DNA of 64,000 nt, taken from NCBI RefSeq assembly GCF_009914755.1, contig NC_060947.1. One strand, 5' to 3'. The stretch is from the human T2T-CHM13v2.0 reference genome, Homo sapiens. A program made the position numbers and the translations under genes. How positions within the stretch are numbered: the stretch's first letter is position 1; every line of letters begins with the position of its first letter. Shown piece after piece: positions 1 to 11,820 of this stretch. The notes beneath the pieces are model-generated. The model made no database searches and was not told where the DNA came from. It saw only the letters and a list, made by a program, of their open reading frames with translations.

Positions 1-800
1 ACAAATAACTCATATTAAGATGACTAAAATAACTTCTACAAATCATCATGAACAAGACCAACAACTGAATAGATAAATGAGCAAAAGACTTGTTTAAAGA
101 TGATAAACATATGAAAAGGGGCTTAATTGATTTTGTAATCAAGACAATTTAAAATCAAATGATATGCTACTAAGCCTACAGAGGAATGACTGAAATTAAT
201 GTATCTGACAATAGAAAGTGTTAGCAATGCTATAGAGAAACTGAAAATCTTTTGATGCTGGTGTGAGTGCAAACGGATACATCCACCTTAAAAAAACTTC
301 AGCAATGTGTACAAAGATGAATATATTCTTATCCTGTAGCTCAACAGTGGCACTTATAAGCATGTGCAATGTTGCACAAATAAATGTAGAAGAATGTAGA
401 AGATGCATTTTTATGATAGCTGGAAACTGAAAGCAACCCAAATGTCACTGGAAGAATACATACATTCTGGTATATTTATCTTATAGTGGGATACCATCCT
501 TCACCAGTCATTAAAGTTGAGCTACACAGAGCACTATGGAATCTCACAAACATTGCATTCAGTGAAATAGGGCAAATATCAACATCACAGAGTAAATATT
601 ATTTATTCTAGTTTAGAAAGGTCAAAATAGATAAAAATCAATCTGTGAAATGTTAAAAGTTAAAATGACATTTAGTTTTGTAGAAGAGGCAGAAAATAGT
701 GATTGAAAATATGTATAAAAACAGCTTCTAAGTTGTTGCTAATGTTCTGTTACATGAATGTGAAAAGTCGTCAAGTGGACACCTGGAATATCTGTACTAT
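1..800 (+). mobile_element. Ancient L1 (L1ME-like) 3' end fragment
   Basis: Degenerate L1 ORF2-end/3'UTR motifs (agataaatgagcaaaagact; ggaaactgaaagcaacccaaatgtc; aatctcacaaacattgcattcagtgaaa). Confidence 0.65.
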
Positions 801-999
801 TTTAATGTTATTAATTGTCAGAAAGAGGTTTTAATTGGCCTTCCTAATGTATTAACACTGGCACAGTCAGCCGAGGTCACTTTGTTGGAAATATTCAATG
901 ACCCTGTTTCAGAAGGGAGTATAGGTAGAGCTATGAGTGAGGGGAAATAATTAGGAAAACAAAATGTGCCATACAGGTAACACAAGAAGTGTCAGCTTG

Positions 1000-1335
1000 G
1001 GTGCAAATAAGCACCAAAAAAGTTAACTGAACCATCAAATGAGAAGGAATTGTGATAGAAGAGACAGGAGGGAAATGCTCATTTGAAAGTAAGAGTAAAT
1101 AGTGCTTCAAAAACAACAAAGCATTGAACAGAATAAAATGCTGCCAAAAGCTCAGGTATAAGAATTGAAAGGAGTAAGTCACTTAAGGGTCACTGGTGAC
1201 TTTACTGACAAGAGTTTTAGTGTCATTAGAGGGGCAGAAACGTGGTTGCTAGCAAAAGCCTGATTGTGGTAGGATGAAGAAAAAAAAATGGGAGCAGGAA
1301 TGTGATAAAAGCTATGGACCTTCTTGCCTGAAAAA
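1000..1335 (-). mobile_element. L2 LINE fragment
   Basis: ggtcactggtgactttactgacaagagttttagtg...aagcctgattgtggtagga resembles antisense L2. Confidence 0.5.
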
Positions 1336-2899
1336 TGCATATGCATGCATACACATAAAATAATTCCCTCCCTTTCAACGGGTCTATGTATCTTTTGAAG
1401 CACATTTGTCAAGCCTAAGGTTTAATTCCGGATATTCTTATGAGGATCTTGCTTATGAAGAAATGAGACACCAATACTTAAAGTGAGAAAAATGATGGGA
1501 AATATATGAGGTTTTAATGTGTTTCTATTGGAGAATTTGAAAATAGTTATAAACTTTGAGTGACAGCAAATAGAGAGGAAGAGGCTGTAAAAGCACAAGA
1601 CAGAGGAAATAACAGAAGGTCAAGGTTACTATCATAGAGAAAATAGGAAAGGATATAAGCAAGACCAAAGGCAGGGGCAATAAACAGTAGAATTTCCTCT
1701 TCTTCTGAGACTGTAGGAAATAATTTGACGGTAGGTGCAGCTATAAATAAACTTTTAGATGTGGGAGCATAAATTTGTTCAACTTCATTGCCATTAGTTT
1801 TCTTAATGCAGAAAGAAAAGTATCATCTGTATAACAATGGGAGAGAAGATAAAGAGATTGAATAGATTGATTTTGAGATTCAGATAATCTTTCTGATATT
1901 TATCACAAGTGTTTTCATGAGCAGATGATTTGAGAATCACATTTTAGGTATTTACACTAAGATACAAAACTAAGACATAGTCCTTGCCATGGAGGAATTC
2001 GCAGCATAAATTAACAATGGAACAAGTTCCCTCACATGACAGTTACTATCTGAAATACCAGAATGAGGATTATGAAATTGGACCACAGTTCAACAGGGAG
2101 GAATATCTATCGTAGAAAAGGAGAATGATACATATGTGTCATACCTTTCACATGGGCAGTACCTTATTACTCTCATGTTACTGAAAACACATCATCGTTT
2201 ATAAGATCCTATGAAGTCAGTAGTTTAGGAATGATCTCAATTTTATTCCAAATTGTATTTTACCTTTGAAGTAAAATCTCCTATAAGATTATTCTTTTAT
2301 AAAGAAAGATTTCCTGTTTTGTTCTAACTGTACCTCCTTCAAAACAAAAAGGATCTTCTATGCTAGCATTACTTGTCTTGATTATACAGATGTTCATCAG
2401 ACTCTGAATTTCACTCAATCTTTCCAAACAAGTCTCATCATTTACCTCTACTGTACACACTCCATGGAATCCTTTTTGTAATTTTTTTACATAATAACAG
2501 GAATATTTTATTATAAAAAGCAAATAAGCACGCCTTGCTTATTCATACACAGGTGAGATAATGCATGGGTAACAAATAGCACTTAACAATAAAGGCAATT
2601 CTAATTATAATTTTATTACAAACTTTTGCTACCTTGTCTGATATTTATCTTTCTTTCCAGTGCTCCCTCCACTTCTTATCCTTTTTCAATTATTTTATTC
2701 ATTTACTATAGACCTGTCAGTAGACCTCCACTAGCATTGTCTTAGTTGCCTACTTTATCCATTATCACATTGAGGATTGAAAAATTTCCTGTAATAGACT
2801 AGTATGTATGAAAATGATGCTGAAACATAAGCCAAATGATTTAACAGTGTAGTCAGTGTATCTGGCAAGAGAGTCATTCTAGAACTCTGAAATGGTACA

Positions 2900-3060
2900 T
2901 CATGGTATAATAAAAAGAGATCAAGATGTGAATGTTAGGTTGCTTGGATTCTAATTTCTGATCTGCTACTAATGCTGCATGTACTTGGGCAAGTCACTTT
3001 ACCATCCTACGCTTACTTCATAAACAGAAAAATACGTTGAGAGGTTGAGGGATTAGCACT
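2900..3060 (+). mobile_element. MIR SINE
   Basis: MIR core: ggattctaatttctgatctgctactaatgctgcatgtacttgggcaagtcacttt. Confidence 0.65.
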
Positions 3061-3077
3061 CATCAGAATAATTTCTA

Positions 3078-3125
3078 AATTTGTTCCTCTTTGAATTTGT
3101 TTCTCTTTGAATTTGTAACTCTTTG
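3078..3125. repeat. 16-bp tandem triplication
   Basis: aatttgttcctctttg / aatttgtttctctttg / aatttgtaactctttg read directly. Confidence 0.85.
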
Positions 3126-3139
3126 GTTCATTCTCCAAA

Positions 3140-3325
3140 TAATCTAGAACTGAGAGTGACCTGGGTTCTAATTTGGGCTCTACTGTTACTTAGCTGTAAG
3201 TTCTTGAGAAATCAAAATCTTTTGGGGTCACAGTTTCATCATGTGAATATTAAAGAAATCCTCTGCATCCTAAAACATGTAATACATACTTGGTGCATCG
3301 TAAGGGTTCAGTAAATATATGCTGT
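3140..3325 (+). mobile_element. MIR SINE
   Basis: gacctgggttctaatttgggctctactgttacttagctgtaag...cagtttcatcatgtgaa...ttcagtaaat. Confidence 0.65.
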
Positions 3326-3997
3326 ATACGAGTGGAGATATAATAGTGATTTTTAAAATTATTTTACTTGTCTGTTCCCCCATTTGCAAAGAGAAAAAAC
3401 TTATATCCTTTGCTGTTACTCATTCATCATGTATCTTGCATAAGAAAAAAAATTGATTGAATTAAAATCATTATCACCATAGAAATTCCACACTTCGAGC
3501 ATTCCTTCTCTAACTCAGAGAAATGAAAACATGTCAAAAGAGAAAATTCAACTACATTGTTGATCTCAAAAACAAGATAAATCTTTCTGTGAGCAATAAA
3601 TGTAATATAAGTGCAAGTCAGTGTCAGACGTGACTTCTGGACTTTTGTTTAAAAAGCAGAAGGGACAGTTAGTTGCATGGCTCCTGTGAAGTCCATAGAA
3701 TGAGGGTCTTAGCATAAATTAAGATAGGGATAGGCTCCCTGCTTGAAACTGGAGGCCATGTTGGGGTTGCCCTACTTGCAAATATAAGTTGAAAAATTCT
3801 TTTCTGGACTGATGCTTAGGACTACAATTTATTAAATGTTGAATGCCTAGGGAGTAGGAGGACATAATTATAACCTTATGACTACCCTCCCTGATTTCCC
3901 CAATATCATTATAGGGAAGGAGCCATGGACCACCAATGTATGATTTGGTTCTAGACTGGGGTCCATGAAAGCAGATTAAGAAAATTGGAAAACTTTT

Positions 3998-4421
<424 letters not shown>

Positions 4422-4619
4422 CTACAATCCAAAATATAAATATCCATAAAGATAATTAAGTGAGCCCTCCCCCTATAAAACAATATTAATTCATCCTGGA
4501 ATAAATTAAAATATTAGAAAATCTGAAGGAATCTTTAAATATATTTGGGATGTACAAAGAAATAAAAGGTTTAACTTAAAAACTCATTGATTTTTATTCT
4601 TCATGTTTTTTATTCTTTT

Positions 4620-4943
4620 GTATTTATTATTTATTTATTTATCTATTTATTTATTTATTTTGAGACAGAGTCTCACTCTCACCCAGGCTGTATTACAGTG
4701 GCATGATCTCTCATCTCACTGCAACTTCTGCCTCCTGGATTCAAGCAATTCTCGTGCCTCAGCCTCTCATGTAGCTGGGACTTGAGGCGTGCACCACCAC
4801 GCCCATCTAATTTGTGTATTTTTTGTAGAGAAAGGGTTTTGCCATGTCAGCCACACTGGTCTTGAACTCCTGACAACCAGTGATCCACCTGCCTGGGCTT
4901 TCCAAAGTGCTTGGATTACAGGTGTGAGACGCCGCAATCGGCC
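4620..4943 (-). mobile_element. Older Alu (AluS/AluJ class)
   Basis: (TTTA)n-type tail, then tgagacagagtctcactct...ccaaagtgcttggattacaggtgtgag. Many CpG decays. Confidence 0.92.
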
Positions 4944-5464
4944 TCTTTGTGTTTTTAAATGAATGCATTGAAGTTTCTAAATATACCTCTGTGTGCCTCT
5001 TTAGCTGCTGACCACAAGTTTCGATGGGTAGTAATTTCCCTGTTGTTTCTTAATAGTCTGTTATTTCCAAATGTTTTCCTTCTGAACCTATGGGTTGCAT
5101 AAGAGTACAGTTGTAACTTTTCAAATGTAGAGATATTTAACTAACTTTTTATAGTTAGTTTCTAATTTAATAGTTATTTTTTAGAGAAGGTGACCTCTCT
5201 TTTGATTTTGGAAATGTGTTGGAAATTCCATTAAGTCATCACTCTTTATAAATGTTCCTTGTGTACTAAAAAAGAATGCACATCCTCTTGTAGGAAGCAT
5301 GACTCTATAAATATTATTAGTTATAATCTGACAACATTCTTCTTAAAATATTCTATATCCTTATTAATATTTTGGCCCCTCAATTGATCAGTTTTAGGGG
5401 AAAAGTGTGTTAAACATTTTAATTTTGATTGTGAGCTTGTCAGTTTCTCCTCATAAGTCTGCTT

Positions 5465-6530
5465 ATTTTTTAAGGAGATAAAATTCCAAACATCAAATTA
5501 AAAACTTTAAAGTGCACAATTCAGTGGCATTTAGTACATGCACAAGGTTTTACAGTAATTACCACTATATAGCTCCAAAATATTTTCATCACTCAAAAGG
5601 AAACCCTGTACCTATTAAGCACTCTCTTCCCCCAGGTCTCTGGCAAACACTACTCTGCTGTTTGAATGTATGGGTTCACATATTCTAGATTGTTTCACAT
5701 AAATGGCATCACACAATATACAACATTTTGTGTCTGGCTTCTTTCCTTTACCATGAAGTTTTGGAGGTTCATTCACGTTATAGTATATATCAACACTTCA
5801 ATTGCTTTAATGGTTGAATAATATTTCTTTGTATGTATATACCACTTTTAGCATATGCATCCATCTGCATATGAACATTCGTGTTGTTTCCACCTTTGGC
5901 TATTGTGAATAATGTAGTTACAAATATTCATGTGAAAGTTTTTGCTTGAATACCTGTTTTTAATTATTTCGTATATACATCTAGGAATAGAATTTCTGGG
6001 TCATATTGTATTTCTATGTTTTCTATTTGAGGAACTGCCAAAATGATTTTCACAGTGGCAGAACCATTTTACTTTCTTATTAGCAAAGTATGAGTGTTCC
6101 AATTTCTTCACATCTTCACCAACTCTTGTTAAAATTTTTTATAATATAGCCATCCTAGTAGGTGTGAAGTGATAATTTATATTTGTGATTTTCATTTCTC
6201 TAATGTCTAATAAAGTTAGGTATCTTTTCATGTGCTTATTGGCCATTTGTGTATTAGTTTGGAGAAATGTCTATTCAAGGCTTTTACTCATTTTAAAATT
6301 AGGGTTGCTTTTCTTTTCATTCTTGAATTGTAAGACTTTGGATGTCCTGGATACTAGACTTATCTGACATATGATTTGCAAATATTTTCTCCCATTCTAT
6401 AGGTCATATTTTCCACCTTTGTAATGTTTTTTGATGCACAAAAGTTAAATATTGACACAGTTTAATAAGTCTAACTTATCTGTTTTTTGTGGCTTGTGCT
6501 TTTAATGTCATATCTAAGAATCTATTTCCA
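5465..6530 (-). mobile_element. L1MB-type 3' end
   Basis: ttaaagtgcacaattcagtggcatttagtacatgcaca...aaaccctgtacctattaagc; L1 ORF2 C-terminal antisense motifs. Confidence 0.8.
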
Positions 6531-6538
6531 GTAATAAA

Positions 6539-6574
6539 GAGATAGATAGATAGATAGATAGATAGATATAGATA
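6539..6574. repeat. (GATA)n tetranucleotide microsatellite
   Basis: gatagatagatagatagatagataga read directly. Confidence 0.9.
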
Positions 6575-9500
6575 ATAGAAAACATGGCAATGTTGTTAGT
6601 TGCCTTCAAGTTTATAAACTTCTAAGTTTGCTTAGAAGTTATACATTGTATAATTATTATTTCAGTTGTTAAGTTTAAACATATATTCCTATTAATTTTA
6701 GCCTATATGCTTATCAATGACTTTACTATTCTGCTTCAAACATGAAGCAGGCCATAGCACATTTTGACTACTCATTTAATAACCCACAATCCATCTTCCT
6801 ACTATGACATGAACTTTTAAATTATCCTTTTAAATATGTCAAATGATACTTGTTTAGTGTAATAATTACAATTGTCAACATATTTTACCAATTTTTCTAC
6901 TCACTGCTATTTCTTGGATCTCCACTCTATTTTCTAAATTTCCTATTATTTTTGTTAGAATATGTCCTTTAATATATTTTTTTTCAGAATCTATGAGTGG
7001 TAAATTCTTCTAGCTTTGGGGATATCTTTAAAATCTCTTATTTTGACTTCATACTTGCATACTAGTTTAGCTAAGTGATTACAGTGTTTGTAAGTAATTT
7101 ATTAATTTTTTTGTTAGCTTTTAAGACGTCACTTGTTTTACTGCAATACTTCTAGATATGGATTCATCTTTAATTGTTAATATAATGCTTAGTAATTGAA
7201 GGACATTTAAATTGTTGATTTTTCTATGATTCTGGGAAACTATTTACTATTTTCAAATACCACTATTCTGCCATATTTTCTATTTTATTATTTTTTCCCC
7301 AATTTTTCAGTATAAATTTGTTTCAAATATGGCAGTGATCACTAGTAAAAGCTTGTTCTTTCTTTGACATTGACTTTTACCTTTTGTTTCTTTACTATCT
7401 CTTGTAAGAGGAATTTTTGATAAGATTAAAATCAGGCACATGGAGAGGGCTATGTGTCACAATGGGCAAACACTCAGATGCTGAGTTTCCTGCATCTGTG
7501 AAACTAACACACTGTATAGTGACATACTTGCATCAATAATAATACCAGCAAAGTTATCAGGCATTCTTTCCTTTGGCGACTGTTCGTACTCTTGGAGTAT
7601 CATGGATGTCGCTGGCATTGCCCCAGAAATCAGCTCCTGGCCTGTTGCTGAAGCAGTGTCCTAATAATCAGAAAGATGCTTGTGTAGCTGATGGTGTTTT
7701 CTGGACTTCACTTTACTCATGAGAGGTGTGGATATATCCTTGCAAATTCCAAAGTGCCAGGAAATCCAAAAGGGATTCGGTTGGAATCTGCTTATTACCT
7801 TATCTTGCACCCTGGCCTGGTTCCTGCTCCATGACTTGACTCTGTTGGATCTTGGCATTAACTCTGGCCAGGACCTGGTGACTGTTCCCTGTAATGACCT
7901 TCAGTTTCATTGGAAGGGGAAACTACAGATAATAGACATAGGAACCTAACAGCTCCCAGAAGCCAGACTGAGAAAGAAAAGCATAAAGGACACGCAACAG
8001 CATGATGCCTGAGGTAATTGGATTGTTGCTTTACCACCCTGGGCCTGTAACCTTTAGGAGTAAATACATAGAATAGGGATTTTATTGTACAGCATTTTGC
8101 TTGGCATATAACAGAAGAATTGAAGACATTTATTAAAGTATTTACTGAGAGTGCAAAGCACCCTAATAGTACCTAAATAACATCATTTTGTGGAAACTCT
8201 TTCATTTACATCTTACCCAAGCATTTTATCATTTACTTTGAGCAAATGTAAACATAATTAAACAAAAATAATAGCAACAAAAAATCATTTGTCATGAAAT
8301 TTACATGTTTTGAATAGACCTTTAAATATGCCTAAATTTGTATTTATTCTCCATAAGTTCTTACTTTTTTTGGAATTTATTTTAAATTTGATATATATTT
8401 TAGTGAATATTTAGTGATAAATATTTTAATAAAAAAGAGATACTTTTTAACATACAAAAAATATACTCAGTTGATTTTTAAGTTATCTTATTTGCCTTCT
8501 TTAGTTGTGCAAAAATAGGCCCATCATCTTAAAACTTTGCTTGGCTTAATTCCTTAGTTATTCAATTGTCTCAACTGTTTGTGAGGTTAACAATTAGGAA
8601 TGTTCAACAGAATAAGGCAAGATAATTGGGTCAATTCTACAGTTTGAGTTCCTCTTCACCCATTTGGATGCCCTTTATTTCGTTCCATTGTTTGATTGCT
8701 CTGGCTAGGACTCCCAGTACTATGTTAAATAGAAGTGGTAAAAGTGGGCATCTTTGTCTTGTTCCAGTTCTCAGGGGGAATGTTTTCAGCTTTTCCCTGT
8801 TTAGTACAATGCTGGCTGTGAGTTTGTTGCAGATGGCTTTTATTACCTTAAGGATGTGCTTTTTATGCCGATTTTGCTGAGGGTTTTAATTATAATGGGA
8901 TGCTGGATTTTGTCAAATGATTTTTCTGCATCTATGGAGATGATCATGTTATTTTTGTTTTTTAATTCTGTTTGCGTGGTGTGTCACATTTATTGAATTA
9001 TGTATGTTAAACTGTCATCGCATCCCTGGTATGAAGCCCACTTAATCATGGTGGATTATCTTTTTGATATGCTGTTGGATTCAGTTAATTAGTATTTTGT
9101 TGAGGATTTTTGCATCTATATTCATCAGAGATATTGGTTTGTATTCTGTTTTTGTTGTTGCTGTTATGTCCTTTCCTGGTTTTGGTATTAGGGTGAGACT
9201 GGCTTCATAGAATGATTCAGGGAGAAGTCTCTCTTTCTCTGTCTTTTGGAATAGTGTCAATAGAATTGGTACAAATTCTTCCTTGAAAATCTGATAGAAT
9301 TCAACTGTGAATTCATCTGGTACTGGACTTTTCTGGTTGGCATTTTTAAAATTACTGTTTCAATCTCACTGCTTGGTATTGGTCAGTTCAGAGATTCTAT
9401 ATCTTCCTGGTTTAATCTAGGAGGATTGTATATTTCCAGGAATTTATCCATCTCCTCTCGGTTTTCTAGTTTATACATGTAAAGCTTTTCATAGTAGTGT

Positions 9501-9851
9501 TGAATAATCTTTTGTATTTCTGTGGTATCAGTTATAATATTTCCTGTTTCATTTTTAATTGAGCTTATTTGGATCTTCTTTTTTTCTTAGTTAATCTCAC
9601 TAATGGTATATCAATTTTATTTATCTTTTCAAAGAACCATCTTTTCATTTTATTTATCTTTTGCATTGCTTTTTGTTTGTTTGTTTCTATTTTATTTAGC
9701 TCTGCACTGATCTTCATTATTTATTTTCTTCTTCTGGGTTTGAGTTTGGATTGTTCTTGTTTCTCCAGTTCTGTGAGGTGTGGCATTAGATTGTCTATTT
9801 GTGCTCTTTCAGACTTTTTGATGTAGGCATTTAATGCTATGAACTTTCCTC

Positions 9852-10232
9852 TTAGCACTGTTTCTGCTGTATCCCAGAGGTTTTAACAGGTTGTGTCACT
9901 ATTATTAAGAATTTTTTAATTTCCATATTGATTGCATTGTTGACCCAATGATCACTCAGGAGCAGGTTATTTAATTTCCATGTATTTGCATCGCCTTGAG
10001 TGTTGCATTTAGAGATGATTTCCAATTTTATTCCACTGTGGTCTGAGAGAGTACTGGATCTAATTTCGATTTTCTTAAATTTACTGAGACTTGTTTTGTG
10101 GCCTATCATATAGTCTGTCTTGGAGAATCTTCCAGGTGCTGATAAAAAGAATGTATATTCTGCAGTTGTTGGGTAGAATATTCTGTAAATATCAGTTAAG
10201 TCCATTTGTTGTAGGGTATAGTTTAAGTCCAT
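9852..10232 (-). pseudogene. Decayed L1 ORF2p endonuclease fragment
   Basis: Track ORF with APE-like L1 motifs (YTFF, SKTDY, SDHSGIKLEI). Confidence 0.85.
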
Positions 10233-11481
10233 TGTTTCTTTGTTGACTTTCTATCTTGATGACTTGACTAGTGCTGTCAATGGAGTATTGAAGTCCCCCA
10301 ATATTATTGTGTTGCCATCTGTCTCATTTCTTAGGCCTAGTAGTAAATTTTTTTTATAAATTTAGGAGCTCTAGTGTTAGGTGCATCTATATTTAGAATT
10401 GTGATATTTTCTTGTTGGACTAGTGCTTTTATCATTATATAATGTCCCTCTTTGTCTTTTTTAACTGTTGTTGCGTTAACATTTGTTTTGTCTGATATAA
10501 GAATAATTACCTCTGCTCTATTTTGGTGTCCATTTGCATAGATTATCTTTTTCCACCCCTTTACCTTAAGTTTATGTGAGTCCTTATATGTTATATGAGT
10601 CTCCTGAAGGCAGCAGAAACTTGGTTGATGAATTCTTATTCATTCTGCCATCCTGTATCTTTTAAGTGGAGCATTTAGGTCACTTACATTCAATGTTAGT
10701 ATTGAGATGTGAGGTACTATTCTATTCATCATACCATTTGTTGCCTGAAAAGCTTGCATTTTTTTTCATTGTGTTATTGTTATATAGGTCTGGTGAGATT
10801 TGTACTTTAAGAAGTTTCTATTTTGGTATATTTTGAGAATTTGTTTCAAGATTTATAGCTCCTTTTAGCAGTTCTTCTAGTGCTGGCTTGTTAGTGGTGA
10901 ATTCTCTCAGTATTTATTGTCTCAATAAGACTGTATCTTTCCTTCATTTATGAAGCTTAATTTCCCTGGATACAAAATTCTTGGCTGATAACTGTTTGTT
11001 TAAGGAGGCTAAAAATAGGACCCCAATCCCTTCTAGCTTGTAGGATTTCTGCTGAGAAATCTGCTATTAATCTGGTAGGTTTTTCTTCATAGGTTACCTG
11101 ATGCTTTTGCCTCACAGCTCCTAAAATTCTTTCCTTCATCTTGACTTTAGATAACCTGATAACTATGGTCTAGGTGATGATTGTGATGAATTTCCGGGGT
11201 GTTCTTTGAGCTTCTTGTATTTGGATGTCTAGATCTCTAGCAAGGCCAGGGAAGTTTTCCTAGATTATTCCTTCAAATATGTTTTCCAAACATTTAGATT
11301 TCTCTTCTTCCTCAAGAACACCAATCATTCTTAGGTTTGGACATTTAACATAGTCCCAAACTTCCTGGAGGCTTTGATCTTTTTTTAAAAAAAAAAAAAT
11401 TCTTTGTTGTTTTTGTTGGATTGGGTTAATTTGAAAGCCTTGTCTTCGAGCTCAGAAATTCTGTCTTCTGCTTGTTTGATT

Positions 11482-11820
11482 CTATTGCTGAGAATTTCCA
11501 GTGCATTTGACATTTCTCTTAAGTGTGTTGTTGATTTCCAGAAGTTGTGACTGTTTTTTACTTATGCTCTCTATTTCACTGAAGAATTTTCTTTTCATAT
11601 ACTGTATCATTTTTTTAAAAATTTTTTTAAGTTGGATTTCACCTTTCTCTGGTGCCTCCTTGAGTAGCTTAATAATTGACCTTTTGAATTCTTTTTCTGG
11701 CAATCCAGAGATTTCACCTTGGTTTGGATCAATTGCTGGTGAGCTGGTATGATTTTTGGGGGGTGTTAAAGAACCTTGTTTTGTCATATTACCAGAATTG
11801 TTTTTCTGGTTTCTTCTCAC
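11482..11820 (-). pseudogene. Decayed L1 ORF1p N-terminal fragment
   Basis: MRRNQKNNSGNM...LPEKEFKRSIIKLLKE matches L1PB-like ORF1p start; frameshifted downstream. Confidence 0.85.

Larger units (their letters stand above)
4944..7289 (-). mobile_element. Ancient L1ME-like host element, left part (interrupted by L1MB and (GATA)n)
   Basis: Antisense old L1 ORF2 endonuclease/ORF1 motifs (ttagctgctgaccacaagttt; ctatgagtggtaaattcttc; tctgggaaactatttactattttcaaat). Resumes at about 12900 and about 28000. Confidence 0.55.

Noticed and set aside
2281-2523. 80-aa minus-strand ORF as a coding exon
   Set aside because: No recognisable homology and no polypyrimidine acceptor on that strand; the length is within chance.
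3620-3960. Possible LTR or old L1 5' fragment
   Set aside because: Could not be assigned to any family with enough confidence from sequence alone.
9569-9826. Hydrophobic membrane-protein-like ORFs (also 18323-18756, 21378-22293)
   Set aside because: T-rich antisense strand of A-rich L1 ORFs gives Phe/Leu/Ile-rich spurious peptides.
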